Assembly (NCBI RefSeq): GCF_006345805.1
Contig: NC_043007.1
Coordinates: 13,516,001 to 13,580,000, forward strand
From: Octopus sinensis
Lineage: Eukaryota
Length of the DNA stretch: 64,000 nucleotides
Direction: 5' to 3'
The translations under genes and the position numbers were made by a program. Of this stretch, positions 40,029-54,670 are shown piece by piece. The number at the start of each line of letters is the position of its first letter. Position 1 is the stretch's first letter. The notes under the pieces were generated by a model. It worked only from the letters and a program-made list of their open reading frames with translations, did not search any database and was not told the DNA's origin.

Positions 40029-40964
40029 AGTGTATGTATAAATCTTTATACATATTTATATATATTTATATATATGTGTGCATAATTGCATATATACATA
40101 TATATGTGTGTGCATAATTGCATATATACATATATATAAATGCATATATATGTGTGTGTGTGTATATATTTGTGTGTGCCTGCGTTTGTGTGTATGTGTG
40201 CGCGTGTGTAGGTGGATAAGATTATATATATATATATACCAGTGCGCGTGCCTGTAGGTTCAGATGTATATGTGTTGGTGTAGACGCATGTATTTTTATG
40301 AAATATTTGTGCATATATATATTACAGTGAATAGTTTTCAGGATTCTTCATGGATTAAAATATTTTCAGATATTTATATCCGGAAATATAATCATCCTAA
40401 AATTTATTACTGATGTACAGAAATGTATTACACACACACACAAGGAGATAGAAAAGCACGCATGCACACATACGTAAACAGACACACTCACATTCATAGA
40501 CACACAGGCTCACACAAACACGCAGCACGCGCACGCACATGCACTCAGAATGAGTGTTGCATATATTCCATCTGAATGATATATACAAATATACATACCG
40601 TTATATACACATGCCGTTATATATTTCTATATAAACTTAAATAAAAAGTGGAAAAAATATATACTATATATTTGTTTGTGGATACGATTATATTTATGCA
40701 TTTGTTTATACACATACATATATACATACATAAATATCTATGTATATATATATATATTTATATAAATGTATATATATATATATAGGCCTGCTGATGAATA
40801 CGTAAGTATGAAATCACTGTGATACAGGTCTATATTTTTTAAATGTTTACTTTGAAAAATTGCATTCGGTGGATTAGTAATATTTTTGTAGAAATGACTA
40901 ATTGTCCCTCTTAGCGTGTGGCATGTATGTATAATGCCCTCTGGCATGTATGTATAATGCCCTC

Positions 40965-41008
<44 letters not shown>

Positions 41009-41184
41009 ATGCATGTTTTTGCGGGAATTATATATGCACATGCACATATAGACTTACAAAAAGAGACGTGTGCACATGTATATCTGTATTTGTCGGTCAT
41101 GTAGTTTATATATACAGTTGTGTAATCTGTACGAAAAGGAATAATCCACGTTGGCGTCCGTCATATACTTACATACATACATAA

Positions 41185-41217
<33 letters not shown>

Positions 41218-41229
41218 AATGTGTGTATG

Positions 41230-41262
<33 letters not shown>

Positions 41263-41438
41263 GTATATATAAATATATATATGCATACACACACACATAT
41301 ATATATGTACATCTACAATATATAACTATTGGCATGTGTATATATATGTATGTTTGTATGTAAGTATGTATTTACGTATATATGCACCTAACTATCTATC
41401 TATATAGACTCTCTGTATATTTATATATTCAAGCATAC

Positions 41439-41477
<39 letters not shown>

Positions 41478-41496
41478 CATATATATATATACACAC

Positions 41497-41543
<47 letters not shown>

Positions 41544-42080
41544 TATTATAATATATACATATATATATACATACTTAAATACATATGGATTTCAACTGTA
41601 TACTTCAGTGATATATTTCAAGATGTATTACATAAACGAACTTGTATGACAGTGGAATCATTTTGGCTGTATATCTCAAGTTGAATCTACAGCAGAATCC
41701 GTACACATTGATAGAGAAAAACTTCCCCACATCTTAACCCGATCTGTTAAACAGTTACATTGACTATCCATTGAGATATCAAACTGGCATGATTAATATA
41801 AACTTTCATGATCATGTAACAAACGGGTGACATCATTTAGGCCAGTTTTTAATTCAGTATTCCTCACAAGTTTGGCTACTCAAGAAGGGTTTTGGAAAAT
41901 GAAATATATTCAGTTTTCTTATTGCTGAATTTGCTCACCGAATATCAAACGTAAAGTTAATCAGTAGTTGATAAAATTAGAGCTTCGAATTCTTTGAACA
42001 AGTGAAGATCATGTCATTTATATGCATACATATACACACGTATACATACATACATACATATATATAATATTATATATATA

Positions 42081-42132
<52 letters not shown>

Positions 42133-42318
42133 TTTGTTACGTATGTATTTGTATATGTTGTATGCAAGTATTTATATAAACATATATACATATATATGTA
42201 TGCACATATATATATATATATATATATCCGTATGTGTGTGTATATATGGATACACACACGAATACAAACATATATATAAATATATGTTTTTATATATATA
42301 TATATACATACTAGTATA

Positions 42319-42367
<49 letters not shown>

Positions 42368-42484
42368 CATACATATATATATACATAGACACAGATACAC
42401 ACACGAATACAAACATATAATAAATATATGTTTTTATATATATATACATACTAGTATATATATATATATATATATATATTATAT

Positions 42485-42518
<34 letters not shown>

Positions 42519-42839
42519 ATATATATAATATATATATATATATATTATCATACATATATATATATATTATTACATAGACACAGATCACGTGCTGTAACAC
42601 TTTAATTAAGAACAACAGGATCTGAATTTATGGAATTGTAATCGATGTTGAGTCAGCTCTGGAAAAAGATATATTAAATATTTGTCCAACTTAACATGCA
42701 AATATATAATTGTAAGCAAACAGCAAAACGCATATGAACATGTGTGTGCTTTTAACTGAACCATGTAAATGTTATTTAAAGGAAATCAACTATAAAAAGA
42801 GGACACACTCATGAGATACTTTGGCTGATATATATATCA

Positions 42840-42881
<42 letters not shown>

Positions 42882-42960
42882 CATTTTATGTATATACATT
42901 TATAGTTATACGTAAAATATAAACAGAACACACACACATATATATATGTATAAATGTAGG

Positions 42961-43010
<50 letters not shown>

Positions 43011-43367
43011 CATACATATATATATGTATATATGTATGCATATATTGTGTATATATGTATATACGCATGCACACACGCACACGCATACAAACACACACGT
43101 TCAATATCTATGTGTATATACACCTATATAATAATCTGTGTGTGTAGATATACATATGTGTATACACACACATATATATATATATATATACATAGCTGTG
43201 TGTGTGGCAGTGCGTATGTGCGTGTATATATATATATATATATATCTATATATACATATGTATATCTAGATATATATATATATATATAGATGTGTGTATA
43301 CGTATATACATATATATATGTGTGTGTATATATCTATATAACATATGTATATATATGTATTATATAT

Positions 43368-43398
<31 letters not shown>

Positions 43399-43580
43399 GG
43401 AATCTATATGTATATGTATAATGTATATATGAATATATATGTAATATATACATATATATATGGATCATAAACAAAACTTGACTTAAACAGGATTCGAATA
43501 ATCCTATCAGGTGGTGCTATTAAGTTAGACATGGCCTGGACCAATCTTTGGTCGAAAAATATTTAAGTTTATCTAAGTTT

Positions 43581-43618
<38 letters not shown>

Positions 43619-43910
43619 TTATACAGATGCCAGTTCACACACGCACGCACACACACGCACACACACGCACACACACAAACACGAACTCAGACTGAGTGAG
43701 GTGCATACGTGAATGTATGAATATCCACGTATATGAATGTTGATATATTAACTGCATATATACATGTGCGTGTGTGCATTTATGAACAGGTATTCAGGAT
43801 TTAAGTGTGCATACATACATACATATATATGTGTGTGTGTGTGTGTGTCTATGTGTGTATCTAAGTGGGCGTGTATGTGTGTTTTTGTGTTTCTGTGTAA
43901 AACATAAGAC

Positions 43911-43951
<41 letters not shown>

Positions 43952-44190
43952 AAGAGACATAGCCAGTTACACAGAGAAGGAAACTGTATATGGTTGCATA
44001 TTGGCTCTGACATAATTAATGCTAGTGAATACAGGTATAGATAATGATTTGTAGGTGAGCATTAACGATAAAATATATATTGTAATTTATATATATGTGA
44101 AAAAATGAAGTAGAACCATTTAACTGTCATCGAAATAAACACACACACACTCAAACATATATTATATATATATATGTATATAAGTATATA

Positions 44191-44242
<52 letters not shown>

Positions 44243-44458
44243 ATAATAGGCATAATATATGCATACATATATATTTAGTACATATTTATATATAATCACA
44301 CATCCTTACACAGACCCTCAATGATGTATGGTTTTTTTTAGATATATTGTCTTGAAAGGGTTGGAAGGAATTAATACTTTTTGAGACTGTAAATCAGAGT
44401 GTGAAAGTTCGAATCCAAGTTTAGTGTAATGTAGTGCGTTCCGGTATCCGGAGTATTT

Positions 44459-44542
<84 letters not shown>

Positions 44543-45454
44543 CATATATACATATACATACATATATACAGACAGATAGACACACAGAAACAGAGGAAGA
44601 AAGAGACTGACAGACAGAGAGATAGAGGCACATGTATATATGTATATATATCAATATATATACTCATATATATATATACATATATATATATACCACACAC
44701 ATATATATTAATATATACTCATATATATATACATATATATATATATACCACACATATATATATATATATATAATATTATATATATATATAGATATATATA
44801 TATATATATATATATGTACGAATGTATATACAGACATATGTACATATATATAATATATATGCATGCTTGTATGTATACAAAATAAATCTTCATTCTGAAA
44901 TATTGATGCACATATTTTCCCCTCAAATGAACTAAAATATTTCTCTTAAGCAAGCTACTCATTACTTGATTATTCTCTCATATTAATATACATCACGCGT
45001 TTAGTTTTCCTACACGTAATGTTGTTTATGCTTTACACATCATAAAAACATCAGCAAAAACACTAAAACTCTCGCCATATTTATATGCATATATCTTTAT
45101 AAGTACGTATGTAAATCGATATACGTATATATACACATATATATATATGCTTATATATATGACTCTATACGTGTATATATAGATATGTATGGTCATATCA
45201 ATTATGCTTATGCATTTTTAATATCTTTACATAGAATATAGGTTTAGGGTAAATTGCTTTCTTCCCAAATTGGGTTAATTTTTTATGTCTATCCCACTGT
45301 GTTTGTCATACATAATCAGTCATATATTAAAATATATTCATGCTAACTATTTCACGCTGTCACAATACCGCACATGCACACTTCTCTAATATACTTATAA
45401 CCACCCATACACCAGACAAATATGCATTGACACTTACACACACTTATATATACA

Positions 45455-45527
<73 letters not shown>

Positions 45528-45586
45528 TATATTTATATATATATATACATACATCATATATACATACATACCTATATATATATAAT

Positions 45587-45619
<33 letters not shown>

Positions 45620-45719
45620 CATATACAAACATACATTCATATCTATATATCTTATATGGATATTTATTAATATATATTTATATATATGTATGTATATATA
45701 TGTATATATAAATTATTTG

Positions 45720-45818
<99 letters not shown>

Positions 45819-45830
45819 ATATACCTAATT
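38290..45830. repeat. About 7.5-kb mosaic of (AT)n/(AC)n/(ATAC)n microsatellites with short unique spacers
   Basis: Seen directly. Confidence 0.9.
38480..38625 (-). mobile_element. Degenerate SINE A fragment
   Basis: ccaaggtgccatacattgagactgaacccgaaac. Confidence 0.6.
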
Positions 45831-45931
45831 TTTGTGTGCATATGTCTGTACACTAATGTCTCTGTTGCTTCTGTTTTCACCTGTACCTAATTATATCCAC
45901 AAATACGAACGATATGGAAAACAATAAGATC

Positions 45932-45962
<31 letters not shown>

Positions 45963-46257
45963 GTTATAATTGCAACAACAAGAATTAATGTAATAACAAT
46001 TTTATTTATTTATAGAAACCGAATTCTTTGCTTTATAGTTCCTGCTCCACATCAACACTTCACCTTAATTACTCTGTGTCTAGTAGCCGTTGATTAGATG
46101 CATTCTTCTATATGCATTTACATCTAATATATATTATATATAATGAACTAGGCGACACTTTCACACCTAACATATCTGTGAAATTTCTTTTAATAACTCT
46201 CTCATCCAGATCTCTGTTCGAAATACTAATTTATATATACGCATTTATCTTAAGCAG

Positions 46258-46862
46258 AACTAATAAACATTCTACTATGGATGCAAAGCCTGGAATTTTG
46301 GGGTTAGATACATGGCTAATCGATTATTTCTACCTCCCCATCACCGTGCGAGAATAGAACTTTTTTTCGATTCTGAAAGGACTTCAGTGGAATTTGAACT
46401 TACAACGTTAACCCGGAAAAAATGCCGCAAAATAAGAACTAACACATTTTCTACCATGGACATAAAGCCTGGAATTTAGGGTTTGGCACCGTGGCTAATC
46501 GATTACTTCTACCTCCCCACCCCCGTGTTTGAATAGAATTTTTTTTATCCTGAAAGGGCGGGAGATGAAGTCGACTTCGGTGGAATTTGAACTCACAACG
46601 CTAACTCGGAAAGAAGTGCCACTAAATCAAAACTAATAAATTTTCTACTATGGACATAAAGCCTGGAATTTAGGGCTTGGGTACGTGACTAATCCATTAC
46701 TTCTACCCACAACCCCTGCTTGAATAGAAGTTATTTTTTCGATCCTGAAAGGAGGTTAAGTGAAGTCGACCTCGGTTGAATTTGAGCACAGAACGTAAAC
46801 CCGGAAAAAATGCCACTAAACATTTTATCCGGCGTGCTAACGATTCTGCTAGCCCGCCGCCA
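46258..46862 (-). mobile_element. Diverged SINE B variant trimer
   Basis: ttctactatggacataaagcctggaattt-like unit three times (about 46258, 46437, 46632); head at 46830-46862. Confidence 0.8.
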
Positions 46863-46894
46863 TAATGATTACTAATACGATGTTAACTAAAGTG

Positions 46895-47105
46895 GGTGAG
46901 GTGGGAGAATCGTTAGCACGCCGGATAAAATGCCTAGCTGCATTTCGTCCGTCTTTACGTTCTGTGTTCAAATTCCGCTGAGTTCGACTTTGCCTTTTAT
47001 CCTTTCCGGGAAGATAAAAAATAAGTACCAGTTGAATAATGGGGTCGATGTAATTGCCTAACACTCTACCCTTAACTTGCTGGCCTTGTAAGAAAATTTG
47101 AAACC
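46895..47105 (+). mobile_element. SINE B monomer
   Basis: gaatcgttagcacgccggataaaatg...gttcaaattccg. Confidence 0.85.
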
Positions 47106-47384
47106 GATACAATCCTAACTGTGAATATCTTAGTTTAAATGTAGTAAAATATATTCATATACTCTTTAACACCCTTTGACACGTTTCAGTTATTTGACGG
47201 TGGTCAAGCTGGAACACTGCCTTTTAGTCGAAGAAATCTACCCCAGGGCTTATTCTTTGTAAGCCCAGTACTTATTCCATCGTTCCTTTTTGCAGAACTG
47301 CTAGGTTTCGGAAACATAAACACACCAACAGCGATGGTAGAGGGACAAACACAAAAACACATACATTTAAGTATATATACATAT

Positions 47385-48022
47385 ATAGTTGAAATTTAAA
47401 GAAAAACAAAAGACGAAGAGAGATATGTAGTGACGTCATTTTCCAGTGTGCGTGTGGGGGACGTCATTCTTCAGTGTGCGTGTGCGGGGCTGGAACCTTC
47501 TGGAAAGGCCTAAGGAAGTTCCTTCATGCACATGCGCTAGAGACTGGCGAAGAAAATTCTATCGAGTTCCTTGTTAGCGTCGTTGACTTGAGACACGGCT
47601 ATTGAAGAGGAAGGACGTGTTAAACGTGTGATTAGCTTATTCTCCTGTCCCAGACGCTTGGGATTTGACCTGCTCTTTTGCTGCTAAATTTGTTGTGAGG
47701 TTTATCTTACAAGTGTTAAAATTCAGCCTTGCTATATCGAACCAAGTGGACACCAATATACCAACGTGCTTCTTTTGTAAATAAGAAAATAAAGAGTCAT
47801 ATATACTTTTAAGGTTGCGTTCTTGTTCCTGACTGGTAGTTTCTGGAAACAAAAAAAAGGAAATTGTGTTACACCCAAATAGTGTTAAAAAAATCAACCA
47901 GTTCCTTTACAGATACATAAATAAGAAAAAGGTGTATTAGTTTGATGCTCGGGAAAGTGAGAAAGTCTTTTATGTTTCGAGCTTACGCTCTTCACCAGAG
48001 AGGAACACGAGGAAATAAACAG
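47385..48022 (-). mobile_element. Penelope-like short element (same family as 19640) interrupted by a solo LTR
   Basis: Minus strand CTGGTGA-a-gagcgtaagctc-GAAA-ca-TA-aaaga at 47966-48003; tail cttcgtcttttgtttt. Confidence 0.6.
47426..47911 (+). mobile_element. Solo LTR, probably Gypsy-type
   Basis: TGTA...TACA termini, 4-bp TSD gata (47422-47425 / 47912-47915), AATAAA at 47788, interrupts another repeat cleanly. Confidence 0.85.
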
Positions 48023-48255
48023 ATGACGGGCTTCTTCCAGTTTCTGTCTACCAAATCCACTCACGAGGCTTTATTAGGCCCGAGGCTATAGCAGAAGACA
48101 CTCTCCCAAGGTGCAACGCAGTTGAACTGAACCCAGAACCATGTGGCTAGGAAACAGACTTCTTATCACACAGCCACGCCTTCGCCTATAGTATAATTTA
48201 CTAAAATAACATGTGCTCGAAATTTAAGCGCCTGCAGAACTCTTATGAATGTATA

Positions 48256-48672
48256 GGCGCAGGAGTGGCTGTGTGGTAAGTAGCTTGCTAACCAACCACA
48301 TAGTTCCGGGTTCAGTCCCACTGCGTGGCATCTTGGGCAAGTGTCTTCTACTATAGCCCGGGGCCGACCAATGCCTTGTGAGTGGATTTGGTAGACGGAA
48401 ACTGAAAGAAGCCTGTCGTATATATGTATATATATATATGTATGTGTGTGTGTTTGTGTGTCTGTGTTTGTCCCCCTAGCATTGCTTGACAACCGATGCT
48501 GGTGTGCTTACGTCCCCGTCACTTAGCGGTTCGACAAAAAGAGACCGATAGAATAAGTACTGGGTTTACAAAGGATACGTCCCGGGGTCGATTTGCTCGA
48601 CTAAAGGCGGTGCTCCAGCATGGCCGCAGTCAAATGACTGAAACAAGTAAAAGAGTAAAGAGTAAAAGAGAG
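48256..48672 (+). mobile_element. SINE family A, full length
   Basis: tRNA-like A and B boxes, CORE-like segment, internal microsatellite, taaaagag tail. Confidence 0.93.
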
Positions 48673-49004
48673 AGTATCTTTCTCTCATAGGTTAACAACC
48701 GTTCATAGAAAGGTCTCGAAGTATATAAAAACAAGCCACTCCTAATTTAAAACCACCTCCACCACCATATGGTTTGAATTTCGACCATAAGGTCGGTCCT
48801 TTAATCGCCTACAATTTTACAAGGTGTGATTCATATGAATATGTTTAGTATGGCATTGGCGGTGAGATCTAATCTGCATCTGTTGCTTCAGTTTCAACTG
48901 CTTGGTTGGGTGGCTTGCTACACTTCTGAAGGACATTAGCATTGTCCCACCTTTCGTCACTTCCTTACACACACATGCAAACACACGCATATTACGGTTT
49001 TCAT

Positions 49005-49296
49005 TTGTCTTATACTTGGTTTAGTCATTGGACAGCAACCATGCTTGGGCACTGCCTGGAAGTGTTTTAGTTGAACAAGTCGATATCAGAACTTATTTTG
49101 TAGTTTAATAAAGCCTGTCACTCATTCTGACGTCTTCTTTTTACTGAACCGTGAAGCGGACATAAACAAACCAACAGAGGTTGTCAAGAGATTATAAGTG
49201 ACAAAAACAAACACAAAGACACACACACACACAGATATACACACACACACAGATATACACACACACACAGAGACATCTAGAGAAATGTATAGAGCA

Positions 49297-49359
<63 letters not shown>

Positions 49360-49586
49360 CATACATACATACATACATACGTACATAGACAGACAGTCAT
49401 ACAAATAGATAGTTAGATATATAGATACGTTGCTATTTTTTCGATTTCTTTTTAGCAAATCCACTCACAAGAATTTGGTAGGCCCAAGGCAATAAAAGAC
49501 ACTTACTATAGTGCAACGTAGTGAAACTAAAGAGGAAACCATTGAGTTGGTAAGAAAAAATCTTACAACACAGCTACGCTTACGCC
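49005..49586 (-). mobile_element. Degenerate SINE A with internal (GATA)n expansion
   Basis: caaatccactcacaag...aagacacttac; accatgcttgggcactgcc. Confidence 0.7.
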
Positions 49587-49975
49587 TGTTGAGGTCTTTG
49601 AAAATTAGAAATTCCGAGAACCAGAAATAATTCAGTTTTGCAACAATTAATTCTTGCTGGAAAGAACAAAGTCTCTAGAATAGGTAGGGAAATTCTTGGG
49701 AAATTCTTTGGTTGAATGGAACAACACTTGTCATACATACAGATGTGGACTTGTGTCACGAGGGCAACATTCAAATATTTTTCAGTTCAAAACTGACTTG
49801 TTATTGTCTATAGCTACAGCTACTTCGAAATTCACTTTTTCAAGATCTCTCTCGCTTTAACTCTCTCCCTCTCTAACTATGCACATCCTTAAATCCTTAA
49901 AAATGCTTCAGCCCGAAGGCTGCGGCCATGCTGGGGCACCCCGTTATATATATATATATATATATGTATGTATGC

Positions 49976-50013
<38 letters not shown>

Positions 50014-50160
50014 ATATATATTATATATATATGTATTTATATATATGTATGTATACATGTGTGTGCATATATACATATGTATATAATATATGTGGTGTGT
50101 ATGTGTGTGTGTATGCCTATATATATCTATCTAGCTATATATATATATATATATAAATAA

Positions 50161-50193
<33 letters not shown>

Positions 50194-50432
50194 CGTACAC
50201 ACACGCACACACACACACATATATATACATATATATATATATATAAGTGTATATATATATTTATTATATATATATTATATATATATATATATACATACAT
50301 ATATATATCATATATATATATATATATATATTCAAAGAGGGGGACAAAAGACGAGAGAGAAAGGAAGGGGAGAGAAAACAAACAGGAAGTCCGCTGACCG
50401 GCCCCACTTGTGAGCGTGGGTACGTCTGTATA

Positions 50433-50584
50433 TATGAACGTCTAAGATTTCAAAAGTGTACTTGTTTCTCATGTGACTTGATCTGAGAGTGCACGTTGAC
50501 CCTAACTGAAAAACATCGTGAAAGAACCATCCTTATGAAGAAATAGGGTTTTAAATGGCTCAATTGATAATTTAGACGTTCATA
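50433..50584. mobile_element. Candidate small MITE with TA flanks
   Basis: Perfect 13-bp inverted repeat tatgaacgtctaa / ttagacgttcata. Confidence 0.5.
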
Positions 50585-50804
50585 AATTATGCGATAAGAA
50601 AGAAAAAAGACAAGATCTACGGAAGAAGAGGAAAGGGAGAAAGTCACCCACATGGAGGACATTATGCGTAACACACACACATATGTGTGTATATATATAT
50701 ATATATATATGCATATAATAGTATAAATAGTATATAAGTATATGAATATATACATACATATATGTACATAGCTTTATATATATATATATATGTATATATG
50801 CATG

Positions 50805-50937
50805 CATATATGGGTACAGGACATTAAAAAAATGTTGAACAAAATGAGAAACGAAAACAGAAACAAAAGCATACAACACAAGGAATATTCCTCTTCTTCA
50901 GTTTGTCCCTCTTTCATCTACTCCGCGTTTTCGAAGG

Positions 50938-50938
<1 letters not shown>
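50805..50938 (-). mobile_element. Truncated copy of the 3' end of the 6060-6962 element
   Basis: Minus strand cttcGAAAacgcggagtagatgaaagagggacaaaCTGAAGAagagg...gtcctgtacccatatatgc. Confidence 0.75.
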
Positions 50939-50971
<33 letters not shown>

Positions 50972-50972
50972 C

Positions 50973-51004
<32 letters not shown>

Positions 51005-51061
51005 ATATATAGATATATATATTATATATATATTATATATATATATATATATTATACTTCT

Positions 51062-51187
51062 AGTTCTTTACTACCCAGAGGGGCTGAACACAGAGGGGAC
51101 AAACGGATTAAGTCAACTATATTGACCCCAGTGCGTAACTGGTACTTATTTAATCGACCCCGAAAGGATGAAAGGCAAAGTCGACCT
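51062..51187 (-). mobile_element. Truncated SINE B with Tx1-like tail
   Basis: ttctttactacccagagggggctgaacacagaggggacaaac. Confidence 0.85.
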
Positions 51188-51189
51188 AT

Positions 51190-51385
51190 ACGTATATATG
51201 GACACAGGACATCAAGAAACGTGTACAACAAAAAGATACGAAGAACGAGTACATGGAACGTGAAGTATTCTTTCCTACAACGAAAAGCACAAATGGAAAA
51301 CAAAACAAACAGCATAGAGAATGAACCTTCGTCAGCTGTTGGCTGCTTTTCTAGTCTTGTATTTCGAGCATTTAACAACAACGCT
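51190..51385 (-). mobile_element. Related Penelope-like 3' fragment with GAAA preceding CTGACGA
   Basis: Minus strand ttgttg-ttaaat-gctcGAAAtac...caacagCTGACGAagg; end gatgtcctgtgtccatatatac like 6941-6961. Confidence 0.6.
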
Positions 51386-51471
51386 ATCTCTATCTAGCTA
51401 TCTATCTATCTATCTATCTCTCTCTCTCTCTCTCCTCCTCTCTCTCTCTCCTCTATATATATATATAGATA

Positions 51472-51509
<38 letters not shown>

Positions 51510-51984
51510 TGTGTGTGTGTGTGTGTGTACATACATACACACCCACACACACATACACACACACCACACACATAGACACACAACACACCACATATATATA
51601 TATATATATTATATATATATATATATATTTATATATATAATAAATAATATATATATATATATCGATAGAGAGATAGGCAGCAGACAGACAGATAAAAATG
51701 AATAAAAAAAGAAAGAAAGAAAGAATGAACGACAGAAAGAAAAAGACAGAAATTATGAAAGAGAGACAAAGCGACAGCGAGACCGAGAGAACGAGAGCGA
51801 GAGAGGTAGTCAGGTAGGTTGATATGAAGATGTTTAGGAAATCAGATTCAATAATATCCAATTGGAAGCTTCTACCAAGTAATTTTTTCTACGGTTTAAC
51901 TTACAGTTTACCTTACACCATTGCACCCGACCCACGATATCCAGTAAGTAAACGAACATTGCTTAATTAATTTGATTAAACTAA

Positions 51985-52200
51985 GACGCGTGGACTAGTG
52001 GTAATTGCATTGCTCTCACACTCGTAAGGTCGCGATTTCCATACCTGAAACAGGAACTGCATTTTTTTTCTTGACTAAAACACTTAGATTCATATTAATC
52101 CGGCCCACTCAACTGTAATCGATTGACCCCTTAACTGATTGGCGTGAGCTCGGTCACGTGTACGTCAAAGAAACTGGGTGACCTGTCCTAAGAATCCAAG
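51985..52200 (+). mobile_element. Degenerate SINE D
   Basis: gacgcgtggactagtggt...ttcttgactaaaacactt...ccactcaactgt. Confidence 0.55.
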
Positions 52201-52435
52201 TACATAAGGAAAATTGATGTCAACCGGTTGTTGATGCTGCTGATGTTAATGATGAAGGTGCAGTCAGTGACCAGGTCGCACCTCGCGCGACGTTTTTGAC
52301 ACTATATAACAAATAATAAACCTTTAAGCGAAGTTAAACGTCTTTGTGTGTGTTTATGCATGGGTATAAATGTATCAACCACGCAACAATTGTATGAGAT
52401 TATAATTATCTTCAAATTTCAACAGATTTTTAATA

Positions 52436-53285
52436 TTCTTTTCTACAATAGGCACAGGGCCTGAAATTCAGTAGAAGAGGACTAGTCGATTACATCGACC
52501 ACAGTGCTTAACTGGTACTAAATAATCGACCTCCAAAGGATGCAAAGCAAAGTCGACCTCAGCGGAATTTGAAAACAGAGCATAAGGACGGACGAAATGC
52601 TGTCGAGGATATTTTGTCCGGCGTGCTAACGTTTCTGCCAGCTCATCACCTTCAACAAATCTTTTGATATTCTTTCCTACTCTAGGCACAAGACCCGAAA
52701 TTTTGAGGGAGGAGTCTCCTCCATTACATCGACCCCAGTACGGAACTGGTAATTAATTTATCGACCTTGAAAGGATGAAAGGCAAAGTCGACCTCGGCAG
52801 AATTTGAACTCAGAACGTAGCAGCAGACGAAATACTTATTTCTTTACTACCCACAAGGGACTAAATACAGAGAGGACAAACAAGGACAGACAAACGGATT
52901 AAGTCGATTATATCGAACCCAGTGCGTAACTGGTACTTAATTTATCGACCCCGAAACGATGAAAGAAAACTCGAGCTCGGCGGAATTTGAACTCAGAACG
53001 TAACGGCAGACGAACTACTGCTAAGCAATTCGCCCGGCGTGCTATCGTTTCTTATTTCTTTACTGCCCACAAAGGGCTAAACACAGAGAGGACAAACCAC
53101 TACAGACAAATGGATTAAGTCGATTTTATCGACCACAGTGCGTAACTGGTACTTATTTAATCGACCCCGAATGGATGAAAGGCAAAGTAGACCACGACGG
53201 AATTTGAACTGAGAACGTAACGGCAGACGAAATACCGCAAAGCATTTCGCCCTATGTGCTAACGTTTCTGCCAGCTCGCCGCCTT
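52436..53285 (-). mobile_element. SINE B monomer plus trimer in tandem at one site
   Basis: Site sequence recurs three times: agatttttaatatt (about 52424), aatcttttgatatt (52658), aatcttttcatatt (53289). Confidence 0.88.
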
Positions 53286-53579
53286 ACTAATCTTTTCATA
53301 TTAATAAATTGTTGATTCTTAGAAGCTGAAAGCTTCAGAAACATACATGTTCACTTCCAGCTGCTTATGGTGGTCGAACCGTAGTACAAGGGTACCTAAC
53401 TTCATATATATGTGATTTTTACCATTTAATCGATTGATTCATTAATGCATTCATATCATATGCAATGTATGATGATGTTGGTGATGCTGTTGGCTGTAGG
53501 CGACAAGAATAACAAGAAAACCAATAAATATTAATTAACTCAACACCCATTCCGCTCGAAATTTCGCTTCTTTCCGGGT

Positions 53580-53684
53580 GTTTATGTATACATATGGATA
53601 TATATATATATATATATATGTAATAGATATACATATATATATATGTATATATATATGTACATATATAATATATATATATATATC

Positions 53685-53719
<35 letters not shown>

Positions 53720-54670
53720 ATATATATTATATGTACACTATAATATTGTATATATATAAATGCATACTATATATATATATATATATATATCAAACATTTA
53801 ATGCATGCTTATGCATGTCTAGATCCCATCCATCCACCCATCCATTCAGGTATCTATCTATCTATCTATCCATCTATCTATCTTTCTATCTATCTATCTA
53901 TCTATCTATCAATCTATCTATTTATCTATCTATGTTTGTATGGATGTATGTATATGTATACAGATATTTATAATACATATATATGTACACATGCATATAT
54001 ATTTATATGAGTATAGGAATGTATTTCTGTATAAAACGCATCAATATGGAACTTTGCAGAGTACATACGTGTATGTATGTACATGTACACGCCGTCTCAA
54101 TGTTTGCTCACATTACATCATCATATGAATGTATACACACTCACATATATATATATATATACACTTACATATATATGTATACACACAGATCCCCAACACA
54201 TACACACACACACACATTATTACATACACATATATTCTTTTTTGTCTTTATCAAGCATATACACATAGACGTTATATGTTATACACACACACACACACAC
54301 ACACATACACATATATATATATTATACATATACACACACTCACACATATATATGTATATATATATATATTTCTATATATGCATGTGTTTGTGCATGTGTG
54401 TGCATATGTGTGTGCACACGTATTCTTACCTGCGTATGCTTAAACAATACCTGTATATATGTATAATATATATATATATATATATATATTTTTGTATATA
54501 TATTATATTATATATATATATATATATATATGTAAATATATATATATATATATATATTTTTTGTATATATATATATATATATATAATATATATATATATA
54601 TGTAAATATATATACATATATATATATATTTGTGTATATATATATATATATATTATATATATATATATAC
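53580..54670. repeat. Compound (AT)n/(TATC)n/(CA)n microsatellite block
   Basis: Seen directly. Confidence 0.9.

Larger units (their letters stand above)
47160..48187 (-). mobile_element. SINE A split at its internal microsatellite by nested insertions
   Basis: 3' half at 47160-47370, 5' half at 48023-48187. Confidence 0.8.

Noticed and set aside
41700-41820. Possible Penelope ORF relic (LIEKNFP)
   Set aside because: Single weak motif with a stop
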